DNA of 64,000 nt from an uncultured Collinsella sp. (GCA_900752545.1 CAADVS010000038.1:6083-70082); one strand, 5' to 3'. Shown: positions 1 through 9,857, counted from the first letter of the stretch. Translations and numbers: made by a program. Notes: a model not told the origin generated them from the sequence alone.

Positions 1-168
1 CTCGAGCCGCTTTCGGCCGTCGTGTTCTCGGCCGTCCTTTTAGGCGAAGCCATAACGCCGGTCCGTCTGATGGGTGCCGCACTTATCATCGGCGGCGCGA
101 TCTTTTGCGAACTCGCCGGCAAACGCGCAGGTGCCAAGACCGGCATCGCTCAGGCAGCACGCGCCTAA
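1..168 (+). CDS. DMT/EamA family transporter, 3' end (partial)
   Basis: Frame 1 reads LEPLSAVVFSAVLLGEAITPVRLMGAALIIGGAIF...*, the typical EamA C-terminus (LEP..A..LLGE...G..LI); stop TAA at 166-168. Confidence 0.8.
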   Translation, partial: LEPLSAVVFSAVLLGEAITPVRLMGAALIIGGAIFCELAGKRAGAKTGIAQAARA

Positions 169-325
169 CAGCCCCTGCTTTGAAATGCCACCTGCGTACA
201 TGAATAATCCCCAGCTGGGGATTATTGTCTAAAACACCCCGATGTGCCAAACTGCTCTTATATGTATAAAGATGGCATAAAGGTCTACTGCCCTTGGCAG
301 AGGCCAGATGTCTAAGGGAGTCCAC

Positions 326-2557
326 GTGGCACACACCAAACTGGAGGCAAACCTCCAAGGCCAGCATGGGCAGGGCGGGCACGGAGCCATTCCCCTCTCC
401 GCTGGCATGCTGCTCGTAACGCTCGGCGTCGTCTATGGCGACATCGGCACGAGCCCCATGTACACCATGAAATCAATCGTCGCCAACAACGGCGGCATCG
501 GTACCGTCAGCGAAGACATGATCTTGGGAGCGCTTTCGCTCGTCATCTGGACCATGACGCTCGTGACCACGGTCAAGTACGTGGTAATCGCCATGAAGGC
601 CGATAACCACAACGAGGGCGGCATCTTCGCCCTGTTTAGCTTGGTGCGCAAAGTGGCGCCGTGGCTGATCCTTCCCGCCATGATCGGCGGCGCGGCGCTG
701 CTCGCCGACGGCATCCTCACCCCCGCCGTCACGGTCACCACGGCCATCGAGGGCTTGCGCACTATCGAGTGGGGCCATGCGCTTTTGGGCGACGGCCAGA
801 CCAACGTCATCATCATCACCATCATCATTATCTGCGGCCTGTTTGCCATGCAGCGCGCCGGCACTTCGTCGATCGGCAAGCTGTTCGGCCCGCTCATGAC
901 GCTGTGGTTCCTGTTCTTGGCTGGCGCCGGCCTGTTCAACATGCTCGGCAACCTGTCCATCCTACGCGCACTCAACCCCATCCGCGGCATCATGTTCCTG
1001 TTCTCGCCCATCAACCACTCGGGCATCATGGTGCTCGGCTTCGTCTTTCTGTCGACGACCGGCGCCGAGGCCCTCTACTCGGACATGGGTCACGTGGGCA
1101 AGGCTAACATTTACGCATCCTGGCCATTCGTAAAGGCGGCCCTCATCCTTAACTATCTGGGTCAGGGCGCTTGGCTGCTTGCCAACAATTCCGATCCCCA
1201 GATGCTCGCAATGGATATCGTTAACCCGTTCTATATGATGCTCCCCGAGCCCCTGCGCCCCTTTGCCATCGTGCTTTCGGCCGTGGCGGCCATCATCGCC
1301 TCGCAGGCGCTCATCACCGGCTCGTTCTCGCTGGTATCCGAGGCCACGCGTCTCAACCTTATGCCGCACCTGCGCATCCACTACCCCAGCGACACCAAGG
1401 GCCAGCTCTATATTCCGCTCGTCAACAACATCATGTGGGTCGGCTGCATCTTCATCGTGCTGCTGTTCCAAAACTCCGAGCGCATGGAGAGCGCCTATGG
1501 CCTCGCCATCACCGTGACCATGCTCATGACCACGACGCTTTTGACGAGCTATATTGCCGGCATCATGAAACATAAGCTGGGCGCCTGCGTCTTCGCCCTG
1601 CTCTTCGGTGCCATTGAGCTGTGCTTCTTCACCTCGTGCCTCACTATGTTCTTTGACGGCGGCTATGTGATGATCTTCTTGGCCTCGCTGCTGTTTGGCC
1701 TTATGTACGTGTGGCGTCGCGGTACCGCCATCGAGCGCACGCAAACGATCCTGCTGCCCGTCTCCAAGTACATCGATCAGCTCAACCGCCTGCGCAACGA
1801 CGAGACCTACCCCGTGCTCGCCGACAATCTGGTGTTCCTCACCAACAGCCCCGATCCACTCACACTCGACCGCGACGTGCTCTATTCCATCTTGGATAAG
1901 CATCCCAAGCGCGCCAAGGCATACTGGTTCATCAACGTGCACGTTACCGACGAGCCCTATACGCACGAGTATTCCGTCGAGACCTTTGGCACGGACTTTT
2001 TGTTCCGCGTGCGCTTGGACCTGGGCTTTAAGGTCAACCAGCGCATCAATGCCTACCTGCGCCAGATCGTTGGCGACTTGATGGCATCGGGCGAGCTGCC
2101 GCCACAGCATCACGCCTACTCCATCTACGAGACGCGCGGCAACGTGGGCGACTTCCGTTTTTGCATGCTGCGCAAGATGCTTGCCCCCGAAACGGACATC
2201 AACCGCAACGATCACCGCGTCATGGCCATCAAGTACGCCGTCCGCCGCGCCTGCGGAAGCCCGGCACGTTGGTATGGTCTCGAGAACTCGGCCATCATCA
2301 TTGAGTACGTACCGCTCTTTGCTCGCATGCGCCCGGCCGTCAAACTTGTGCGCACCCAGGTGCCACTCGAGGTTCAGATCGAAGAGGCCGAGGAAATGGA
2401 AGTCGACATCTTCTCGGACGACTTGGTCAATGGCAACGAGGCCGGTAGGGACATGAACGTCGATCCCACCGAGCTGCTCGAGAGCGTCGCCGATACGCCC
2501 GAACAGCAACAGCTCGACGGCCTCGAGAGCGAACAGCTCAACGACGCCAACTTCTAG
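326..2557 (+). CDS. kup: KUP/HAK/KT potassium uptake transporter
   Basis: Motifs GVVYGDIGTSPMY, ADNHNEGGIFAL, TGAEALYSDMGH; many TM segments. Start placed at GTG 326 after AAGGGAG (ORF track start 308). Confidence 0.93.
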   Translation: MAHTKLEANLQGQHGQGGHGAIPLSAGMLLVTLGVVYGDIGTSPMYTMKSIVANNGGIGTVSEDMILGALSLVIWTMTLVTTVKYVVIAMKADNHNEGGIFALFSLVRKVAPWLILPAMIGGAALLADGILTPAVTVTTAIEGLRTIEWGHALLGDGQTNVIIITIIIICGLFAMQRAGTSSIGKLFGPLMTLWFLFLAGAGLFNMLGNLSILRALNPIRGIMFLFSPINHSGIMVLGFVFLSTTGAEALYSDMGHVGKANIYASWPFVKAALILNYLGQGAWLLANNSDPQMLAMDIVNPFYMMLPEPLRPFAIVLSAVAAIIASQALITGSFSLVSEATRLNLMPHLRIHYPSDTKGQLYIPLVNNIMWVGCIFIVLLFQNSERMESAYGLAITVTMLMTTTLLTSYIAGIMKHKLGACVFALLFGAIELCFFTSCLTMFFDGGYVMIFLASLLFGLMYVWRRGTAIERTQTILLPVSKYIDQLNRLRNDETYPVLADNLVFLTNSPDPLTLDRDVLYSILDKHPKRAKAYWFINVHVTDEPYTHEYSVETFGTDFLFRVRLDLGFKVNQRINAYLRQIVGDLMASGELPPQHHAYSIYETRGNVGDFRFCMLRKMLAPETDINRNDHRVMAIKYAVRRACGSPARWYGLENSAIIIEYVPLFARMRPAVKLVRTQVPLEVQIEEAEEMEVDIFSDDLVNGNEAGRDMNVDPTELLESVADTPEQQQLDGLESEQLNDANF

Positions 2558-2579
2558 CGCCGTCACCCATCGACGATAG

Positions 2580-2611
2580 CGGCCCTGCACCTCGCGAGAG
2601 ATGCAGGGCCG
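2580..2611. terminator. Hairpin between convergent kup and bsh (likely bidirectional terminator)
   Basis: CGGCCCTGCA...TGCAGGGCCG stem. Confidence 0.55.
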
Positions 2612-2636
2612 TCTTGTATTGCAGTAAAGCTAGCGG

Positions 2637-3602
2637 CTACGAACGACGCGGCTCGGGAACCACGAGTCTATCGGGGCTCGCGCCCTCGGCATCCGTCAGG
2701 CTCACGTAGCGAATCGACGGATCCCCATACATCGCGTAGTAATAATTGCCCGTGCGCGCGCTAAAGCATCCGGTATAGATAGTCTTCTCGAACTTGCCAT
2801 CGCCCATCCTGGACGCCCCCTCAATCATCACCACGCCCTCGAGTGAACGGAACATGCGGACGACGTTTTCGGTCTCGCTCTCCTTTTGCGGGTAATTGGC
2901 ATTGAGGTACGCCGCCTTTACAAAACGGCTCGGCGAATAGCAGTCACCCGGAATACCGCGCATGCCGGCACCCGCACCATAGGGCTTGAGCTCGGCGCCA
3001 CGCCATGTCGCCGTCTGCGGAAAATCGCTTGTGGCCGTGATATAGGTGCGCAGGTTTTCCATGTGCCACGGGAAGGTGGGCTGATTGGCAAGGGTGTCGA
3101 CCGGATCGTCGTATACATGCAGGCCGTCAGCCATCATCTCGACCACGATGCTACGCTGGCTGTCGCCGATAATCCAATGGAGCAGCGACACGCCCAGCCC
3201 CTCTCCGGCAGATTTGGCGACAATCACCGTGTCGCGCAGCGCGGCCTCGACCTCATCGACCGTCGAGAACGTCGCTGCCACCCACAGGGGAAACTCATAG
3301 GCTGCGATATTGGTCTTGCCGTCGACAGGGTCCTCGGCATACTCGGCATAACCCGGGAAATTGAGACCCGCCACGGCGAGGCCCGCATCGTTGCCGCAGT
3401 CGAAGAACATGGGATAGTTCTTGTAATCGATGCACATACCGATCACCGCGTGTGCCGCTGTCGCGTCGTCGATAAACGAATACGGAATGTGAAACCCGCG
3501 AGGCATCACGCGAACCTGTTGGCCATAGTCAAAGCTCCAGTCGAGGTTGCGGCCTAGATACATGTGGCCAGAATTATCGGTAAATCGAATGCTCGTACAC
3601 AT
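2637..3602 (-). CDS. bsh: Choloylglycine hydrolase (bile salt hydrolase, Ntn-hydrolase family)
   Basis: N-terminal MCTS (Cys2 nucleophile), GRNLDW, LANQP, GIPGDCYSPSRFVKA; GGAGG RBS before ATG 3602. Confidence 0.88.
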   Translation of the reverse strand: MCTSIRFTDNSGHMYLGRNLDWSFDYGQQVRVMPRGFHIPYSFIDDATAAHAVIGMCIDYKNYPMFFDCGNDAGLAVAGLNFPGYAEYAEDPVDGKTNIAAYEFPLWVAATFSTVDEVEAALRDTVIVAKSAGEGLGVSLLHWIIGDSQRSIVVEMMADGLHVYDDPVDTLANQPTFPWHMENLRTYITATSDFPQTATWRGAELKPYGAGAGMRGIPGDCYSPSRFVKAAYLNANYPQKESETENVVRMFRSLEGVVMIEGASRMGDGKFEKTIYTGCFSARTGNYYYAMYGDPSIRYVSLTDAEGASPDRLVVPEPRRS

Positions 3603-3743
3603 GGCGCCTCCTAGCTTTACGTTCTTGCTAAGGTTATTGTCTCCAAACAAAAAGGGGCTAAACACAAAAGCCCGGACATGACAACAATGTCACGCCCGGG
3701 CTATTCAAGCAGGATAAACTCAACCAAGTTAACCCCGCAGGTC

Positions 3744-3852
3744 GTCTAAGGGGTCAAAGTGCCGCAGATTGCCACGAAAGAGGAGCGAAGCGTACTTAAG
3801 GTACGCGAGCGACGATTGAGCGGCAAGGTGCGGTGCTTTGATCCCCTTAGAC
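3744..3852. repeat. ~110-bp nested palindromic element (MITE/REP-like or structured RNA)
   Basis: Imperfect terminal inverted repeats GTCTAAGGGG-TCAAAGTGCCGCA / TGCGGTGCTTTGATCCCCTTAGAC with internal GCGTAC-TTAAG-GTACGC hairpin; right arm includes the def-like stop codon. Confidence 0.55.
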
Positions 3853-4266
3853 CAACTTGCCGAGGCAGTGGTCGATCATATGCTGGATCATCTGTGCCTC
3901 GAAGCCGACGAAGTCCTGCTTGCGCTCGCGCATCTTGCCGTCGACGATCTGGTCAAAAGCAACCTTGCACTTGATGTAGCGCGTGGACTTGGTGATCTCC
4001 TCGTGCGTCAGGCAGCTCTCCTCCATCTTGCTGGCACCCAGGCCAAACACCAGACGGGGGTTGTAGAGCACATGGGGCTCGCCGGCGTCGTCCAGGTAGA
4101 CGCAGACCTTCTTGGCGACGCCGATCTGGTTGGCGGCAAGGCAGCCGGCATCGTCGAGCGACTTGATGGTATCGATCAGGTCCTGAGCAACCGACTCGTC
4201 TTCGACGGTCGCGACCTCGCAACGCTGGGACAGAATAGCCTCGTCGTGGCAGAGCTCTTTAATCAT
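3847..4266 (-). CDS. Peptide deformylase-like protein with degenerate catalytic motifs
   Basis: GCLAANQIG, EESCLT and QHMIDH align with PDF motifs 1-3, but the HEXXH Glu is Met. Start at ATG 4266 after GGAGG. Confidence 0.8.
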   Translation of the reverse strand: MIKELCHDEAILSQRCEVATVEDESVAQDLIDTIKSLDDAGCLAANQIGVAKKVCVYLDDAGEPHVLYNPRLVFGLGASKMEESCLTHEEITKSTRYIKCKVAFDQIVDGKMRERKQDFVGFEAQMIQHMIDHCLGKLV

Positions 4267-4459
4267 ACGTTCCTCCATAGGGGTCGTTGTAACCGCTTAA
4301 GTATACGGTACCCACACATTTTCATGCGAAAAATACCGTCCGTCTGCTACAAAGCGCCGAACATCAACATGCGAGGAACAACAGCGTCGTAAAGGGGCTA
4401 TAGTGGGTGAGTTCGTGTCAATCGGCCTAAACTCGGGGCCGAACAAGGAAAGGGTATGC

Positions 4460-5770
4460 ATGGACGAACTTTTTCACGTCAGTGAGCGCAAGTCCACAAT
4501 CGGGACCGAACTTCGCGCTGGACTGACAACGTTCCTGGCAATGGCCTACATCATTGCCGTCAACCCCGCGGTGCTCTCGGGCGCCGGCATCGATGCGGGA
4601 GCGCTCGCCTGCGCCACCTGCCTGGGCGCCGGCATCATGACCATCTGCATGGGCATCTTCGCCAACCGCCCGCTCGCCTGCGCGTCGGGCTTAGGCGTCA
4701 ACGCGATGATCGCTGGAATCGCCACCACCGTCTGCGGCGGTGACTGGCACGTGGCCATGAGCGTTATCTTCCTCGAGGGTATCGTCATCTTGCTGCTCGT
4801 GCTTTGTGGCCTGCGCGAGGCCATCATGGACGCCATCCCGGTTGTCCTGCGTCACGCCATCTCGGTGGGTCTGGGCCTGTTCATCGCCATGATTGGCCTG
4901 TGCGATGCCGGCATTATCACCGCTGGCGCCGGTACACTCGTCGGTCTGGGCGACATCACCTCCCCCACCTTCATCGTCGGCATCATCTCCATCCTGGTGA
5001 CAGTCGCCCTCGCCTGCCGCAACGTCCCCGGCTCGCTGCTCATCGGCATCGTCGTCGCCGTCATCGCCGGTATCCCCCTAGGTGTGACCCAGGCTCCGAC
5101 CGGTATCATCGCCCCGCTCGACTTCTCGAGCATCGGTGGCCCCATCGCCGACGCCGGCGGCGTGCCCGCCATCGTCAAGGTCCTTACCGACCCCACGCTC
5201 CTCGTCATCTCGTTCTCGCTGCTCATGAGTGACTTCTTCGACACCATGGGCACCGCGATGGCCGTAGCCAAGCAGGGCGAGTTCCTCACCGACGACGGCA
5301 ACGTCGAGAATATCAAGGAGATCCTAATCGTCGACTCCGCCGCCGCCGCTGTGGGCGGTTTCATGGGTGTCTCCTCCATCACCACCTTCGTCGAGTCCAC
5401 TTCTGGCGCCGCCGACGGTGGCCGCACGGGCCTCACCTCCGTCACCACCGGCGTGCTGTTCATTCTCGCCGCGTTCTTCTCCCCCATCGTCACCATCGTT
5501 TCCAGCGCCGCCACCTGCGGTGCTCTGGTCTACGTCGGCTACCTCATGATGAGCGAGGCCTCCGAGATCGACTGGTCCGACGTGTCGCAGGGTTTCCCGG
5601 CGTTCATGATTGTCGCCGGCGTGCCCTTCACCTACTCCATCTCTGCCGGCATTGGCCTGGGCTTTATCGCCTACGTGATCGTCGCGCTCTTTAAGGGCGA
5701 GGCCTCCAAGATCAAGCCGCTCATGTGGATCGCAGCCCTTGCCTTCCTCGTCTACTTCTTTGTAGCGTAA
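4460..5770 (+). CDS. NCS2 family (AzgA/PbuG-like) purine permease
   Basis: ELRAGLTTFLAMAYIIAVNP, DFFDTMGT, TTFVESTSGAADGGRTGLT, PFTYSISAGIGLGFI. Confidence 0.92.
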   Translation: MDELFHVSERKSTIGTELRAGLTTFLAMAYIIAVNPAVLSGAGIDAGALACATCLGAGIMTICMGIFANRPLACASGLGVNAMIAGIATTVCGGDWHVAMSVIFLEGIVILLLVLCGLREAIMDAIPVVLRHAISVGLGLFIAMIGLCDAGIITAGAGTLVGLGDITSPTFIVGIISILVTVALACRNVPGSLLIGIVVAVIAGIPLGVTQAPTGIIAPLDFSSIGGPIADAGGVPAIVKVLTDPTLLVISFSLLMSDFFDTMGTAMAVAKQGEFLTDDGNVENIKEILIVDSAAAAVGGFMGVSSITTFVESTSGAADGGRTGLTSVTTGVLFILAAFFSPIVTIVSSAATCGALVYVGYLMMSEASEIDWSDVSQGFPAFMIVAGVPFTYSISAGIGLGFIAYVIVALFKGEASKIKPLMWIAALAFLVYFFVA

Positions 5771-5977
5771 CGGCAAAGCTGCCAAAGCAGAACACCAAAG
5801 CGCGGAGTCGCATCGAGCGGCTCCGCGCTTTGCTTTTAAAGCCAGGCAACGCACAGACGCGCGATGTATTGCTTCCCAAGTTTTGGACATTTTGCCCTCC
5901 AAACGGCACTACCACCGGCTACATCCTGCAGATATGCTGGGCGTAATCGCATAGGCCCTATGAGGATGGGAGCAACC

Positions 5978-7744
5978 ATGGCCGCCTTGTTCACGACCCC
6001 CAAGCGCAATGACAAAACCTCTGGAGCCCATTTTGTCGAGCCCGACGTGTGCCGTCGCACGCTGCTCACACACGGCAGCTGGCGCCGCGTGACGCGCCGC
6101 ATCGTCTGCGGCCTGGCCTGCGCGCTTACGGTGAGCTCGCTGCTCATGCCGAGCGTCTCGCTCGCGGCCAAGTGGGTCAACGTCGGCGGCACTCAGTACA
6201 ACACTGCAGCAGGCGACGAGGCCGGCACCTGGGCCTGGGACGGCGCCGACGACATGAAGCTCAACGGCTATAACGCCGGCGCGATCGAGGCAGCGGGCAA
6301 GCTCAACGTGAGCTACGAGGGCAACAACATCGTCACTAACGGCGATGGCCGCGGCATCAAGGTTAAGGATGGCGCGAACGAGAACGCCGAGCTTAATATT
6401 CAGGGCGACGCGTCCAGCACGCTCAACGTGACATCTTTTCGTGACGCCATCACTTCCGTCGGCAGCATCAACATCGACGGCGCTGGCACTGTCAACGCCA
6501 CGAGCACCGAGCACGATGCCATCGATGCCGGGGGCGATGTCACCATCAAGGGCTCGGGAAACGTTAACGCCACGGGCGATTCGGATGGCATCAGGGCCGA
6601 CGGCAACATCACGATCGACAACAGCGGAACCGTCACCGCCAAGGCCACCGAGGATCAGGGTATCGATGCTAACGAGAACCTCATCATAAAGGGCGGCGGC
6701 AAGGTAGAGGCAAGCTCTATCAAAGACAATGCGATTTGGGCCGACGGCAACATCGAGATCTCGGGTGGCAGCCAGGTCAAGGCAAGCTCCGAGGAAGACG
6801 CCGCCATCGACGGTAAAAACAGCCTCACGGTCACGAACGCTTCCCTCAACGCAAGTGGCGTTGGGTATGGCATCTATGTCTACAAGGGCATCACGTTCGA
6901 TGGCGCAACCGTAACGGTCCGTGCAAGCGCAGGGAACGATGAAGCCAGCGCCCTCTTCACCGACGAGGACGACATCGTCATCAAGAACGGCTCGATCGTG
7001 GATGCGTTCGCAGAAGGCCAGTTCTCGACCGCAATCTCCACCAGAAACTACTACCCCAACGAAGCGGGTGGTCACATCTACATTAGTGACTCCGTTGTCA
7101 AGGCTATAGCCCGCTATGTCGAGTCCGGTAGCGACGGCCCCGATCACTACAGCAACGACCAAAGCGGCGCGGTCATTCCCGAGCATAGGGGCGTGAACAT
7201 CGGCATCTTTGCCCGGACCAAGGAGGGCATCACGCCCGCGACCATCTCGATTGTCCGCAGTAAGGTCACAGCTGAGGGAGACACGGCGGCAATCTTCGCC
7301 CTTGCCGTGAGCGCGGACGGCGAGACAATCGGCACCATCGAGATCGAAGGCGCTCCCATCCAGACGCCCACAGGCGGCAAGATCATTGGCTATCGCAACA
7401 AGGAAGAACTCGATGACGGCATCTTCTACGTGGTGGGTCAAACCATCGGCACGGGCGACGCTGTGATCGACTCCCCCTATAACGAAGCCGTCGCCAAGAG
7501 CACGGTCATCGCGCCTCCCGAGGAGATCAAACCCGAGGAGAAGCCAGGCGAGACCAAGCCCGAGGGTTCCAAGTCCGAGGGCACGAAGACGACCAAGACC
7601 GTTGCAGTTGCAGCCACGGGAGCCAAGATCGCCGGCAAACTCGCAGCAACCGGCGACGCCTCGAGCGCAGCCATCGTGGCAGCCGCCCTTGCGGGAACAG
7701 CCGCCATCGCCGCGGGCGCCGTGGTGAGCCGCAAGCGCTCGTAA
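5978..7744 (+). CDS. Sortase-anchored surface protein with Cthe_2159-like beta-helix (carbohydrate-binding) repeats, copy 1
   Basis: Extended signal peptide (...LLMPSVSLA|A), DAI/DGI..G.I.I.G.G.V.A repeats, KPE-rich linker, LAATG + hydrophobic segment + RKRS tail. Confidence 0.78.
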   Translation: MAALFTTPKRNDKTSGAHFVEPDVCRRTLLTHGSWRRVTRRIVCGLACALTVSSLLMPSVSLAAKWVNVGGTQYNTAAGDEAGTWAWDGADDMKLNGYNAGAIEAAGKLNVSYEGNNIVTNGDGRGIKVKDGANENAELNIQGDASSTLNVTSFRDAITSVGSINIDGAGTVNATSTEHDAIDAGGDVTIKGSGNVNATGDSDGIRADGNITIDNSGTVTAKATEDQGIDANENLIIKGGGKVEASSIKDNAIWADGNIEISGGSQVKASSEEDAAIDGKNSLTVTNASLNASGVGYGIYVYKGITFDGATVTVRASAGNDEASALFTDEDDIVIKNGSIVDAFAEGQFSTAISTRNYYPNEAGGHIYISDSVVKAIARYVESGSDGPDHYSNDQSGAVIPEHRGVNIGIFARTKEGITPATISIVRSKVTAEGDTAAIFALAVSADGETIGTIEIEGAPIQTPTGGKIIGYRNKEELDDGIFYVVGQTIGTGDAVIDSPYNEAVAKSTVIAPPEEIKPEEKPGETKPEGSKSEGTKTTKTVAVAATGAKIAGKLAATGDASSAAIVAAALAGTAAIAAGAVVSRKRS

Positions 7745-8015
7745 ACACTTTTTCGCACGGGACGGGTGGATCGCGGCCCTTGCCTTCCTCGTCTACTTCT
7801 TCGTAGCGTAAGGGCAAGGCTGCAAAAGCTGAACAATAAAGCGCGGAGTCGCCATGCGGCCCCGCGCTTTTCTTTTAGCGCCGGTCCCTGCGCCGGCGTG
7901 CGGCCTATTTCTCCCCAATTTTGGCCATTTTGCCCTCCAAACGGCACTACCGCCGGCAACATCCAGCAGATACGCTGAATCTAGTCGTATAGGCCCTATG
8001 AGAACGGGAGCAACC

Positions 8016-9800
8016 ATGGCAGCCTTGTTCACGACCCCCAAACGCAATGACACTACCGCCGGAACCCATGTTGCCGAACCCGACGTTCGCCATCGCATAG
8101 GACTCGCGCACGGCAGCTGGCGCCGCGTGACGCGCCGCATCGTCGTGGGCGCCGTGTGCGCGCTCACGGTGAGCTCGCTGCTCATGCCGAGCGTCTCGCT
8201 CGCAGCGGAATGGGTCAAGGTCGGCGGCAACAAGTACAACACCGCGGCGAGCGACGAGGCCGGTACCTGGTCGTGGGACGGCGCCGACGACTTGAAGCTC
8301 AACAACTATAACGGCGGCGAGATCCAGGCCGCAGGCAAGCTCAACGTGAATTACTCGGGAACCAACATCGTCACTGCCGAATGGATCGAAAGCATCAACG
8401 TTTCTCATGGCACTAACGAGAATGCCGAGCTCAATATCCAAGGCGACGAGGGCGGCACGCTCAGCGTGACATCTACTGAGGACGCTATCCTCTCCACGGG
8501 TAATATCAACATCGACGGAGCCGGATCCGTCAACGCCACGAGCACTGGGTTTGATGCCATCAATGCCGGAGGTGATCTCGCTATCAAAGGTTCGGGCAAC
8601 GTCAACGCCACGGGTGCATCGGATGGCATCAGGGCAAACGGCAATATCACGATTGACGACAGCGGAGCCGTCACCGCCAGGGCTACCAAGGACAAGGGTA
8701 TTGGAGCCGACAAGAACCTCACCATCAAGGGTGGCGGGACGGTCGAGGCAAGCTCAGCCGATGGTGAGGCCCTTTGGAGCGGCGGCAATATCAACATCTC
8801 GGACGGCGGCCAGGTCAAGGCAAGCTCCGAGAAAGACGCTGCCGTCGAGGCCAAGGGCAGCCTCGCAGCCACAAACGCCTCCCTCAACGTAAACGGTGTT
8901 GAATATGGCGTCTATGCCCACAAGGGCATCACCCTCGATCATGCAAACGTGACGGTCCGTGCAAGTAAAGGCAGATACGGTGGCGCCAACGCCCTCTTCA
9001 CCTACCAGGACGACATCGTCGTCAAGAACGGCTCCACCGTGGACGCGTTTGCGGAAGGCGAGGTTTCGGCTGCATTCTCCACCAGAAACGATCGACCCAA
9101 CGAGAAGGGCGGCCACATCTACATCAGCGACTCCGTTGTCAAGGCCATAGCCCGCTATGTCGAGAACGGCGACGGCCCCATCCCCTACAGCGAAAACCAA
9201 GATGGCGAGACGAGGCGCGAACCCCAAGGCGAGAACATCGGCATCATCGCCCAGACCAGCGAGGGCGTCACACCCGCAGTCATCTCGATCATCCGCAGCA
9301 AGGTAACGGCCGAAGGAGATACAGCGGCAATCTTTGCCCGTGCCATGAGCGCTGACGGCAAGACAATCGGCACCATCAAGATTGAGAACGCCGCCATCCA
9401 GACGCCCGAAGGCGGCAAGATCATTGACTATCGCAAGCTCCGTGACGGCATCTACGAGGCAGGCCAAGCCATCGGCACGGGCGACGCCACGGTCGACTCC
9501 CTCTATATCAAAGCAGTCGCCAAAAGTACGACCATCGCACCTCCCGAGGTAGCCAAGCCGGAAGACCCCAAGCCCGACGAGACCAAGCCCGCAGAAAGCA
9601 AGCCCGCGGAGTCCAAGCAGAACCCCAAGCCTGAGGGCTCAAAGCCGACCAAGGCCGTTGCGGCTTCAACCACGAAAGCCAAGACTACCGGCGTGCTCGC
9701 GGCAACCGGCGACACCTCGGGTGCGGCCATCGTGGCAACCGTCCTTGCGGGAACAGCCGCTATCGCCGCAGGCACCATGGCGAGCCGTAAGCGTTCTTAG
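8016..9800 (+). CDS. Sortase-anchored surface protein with Cthe_2159-like repeats, copy 2
   Basis: Paralog of 5978..7744 with the same signal peptide, repeats, KP-rich linker and LAATG-TM-RKRS anchor. Confidence 0.78.
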   Translation: MAALFTTPKRNDTTAGTHVAEPDVRHRIGLAHGSWRRVTRRIVVGAVCALTVSSLLMPSVSLAAEWVKVGGNKYNTAASDEAGTWSWDGADDLKLNNYNGGEIQAAGKLNVNYSGTNIVTAEWIESINVSHGTNENAELNIQGDEGGTLSVTSTEDAILSTGNINIDGAGSVNATSTGFDAINAGGDLAIKGSGNVNATGASDGIRANGNITIDDSGAVTARATKDKGIGADKNLTIKGGGTVEASSADGEALWSGGNINISDGGQVKASSEKDAAVEAKGSLAATNASLNVNGVEYGVYAHKGITLDHANVTVRASKGRYGGANALFTYQDDIVVKNGSTVDAFAEGEVSAAFSTRNDRPNEKGGHIYISDSVVKAIARYVENGDGPIPYSENQDGETRREPQGENIGIIAQTSEGVTPAVISIIRSKVTAEGDTAAIFARAMSADGKTIGTIKIENAAIQTPEGGKIIDYRKLRDGIYEAGQAIGTGDATVDSLYIKAVAKSTTIAPPEVAKPEDPKPDETKPAESKPAESKQNPKPEGSKPTKAVAASTTKAKTTGVLAATGDTSGAAIVATVLAGTAAIAAGTMASRKRS

Positions 9801-9857
9801 ACGCCTCTGCGCACATGGCAGCTCCCGCGAAGGCCCCGAGCCCCAGCACCGTTTAAC

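Larger units (their letters stand above)
5725..9800 (+). repeat. Tandem duplication, units starting at ~5725 and ~7766 (period ~2041 bp)
   Basis: GTGGATCGC(A/G)GCCCTTGCCTTCCTCGTCTACTTCTT(T/C)GTAGCGTAA occurs at 5725 and 7766, each followed by homologous intergenic DNA and a paralogous CDS. Confidence 0.9.

Noticed and set aside
170..325. c-di-AMP (ydaO) riboswitch upstream of kup
   Set aside because: The context fits, but I could not find the conserved GCTGAA...GGGG...CCCG elements.
4280..4459. Purine riboswitch upstream of the NCS2 permease
   Set aside because: No GTTTCTAC/CCGTAAA core; the leader is short.
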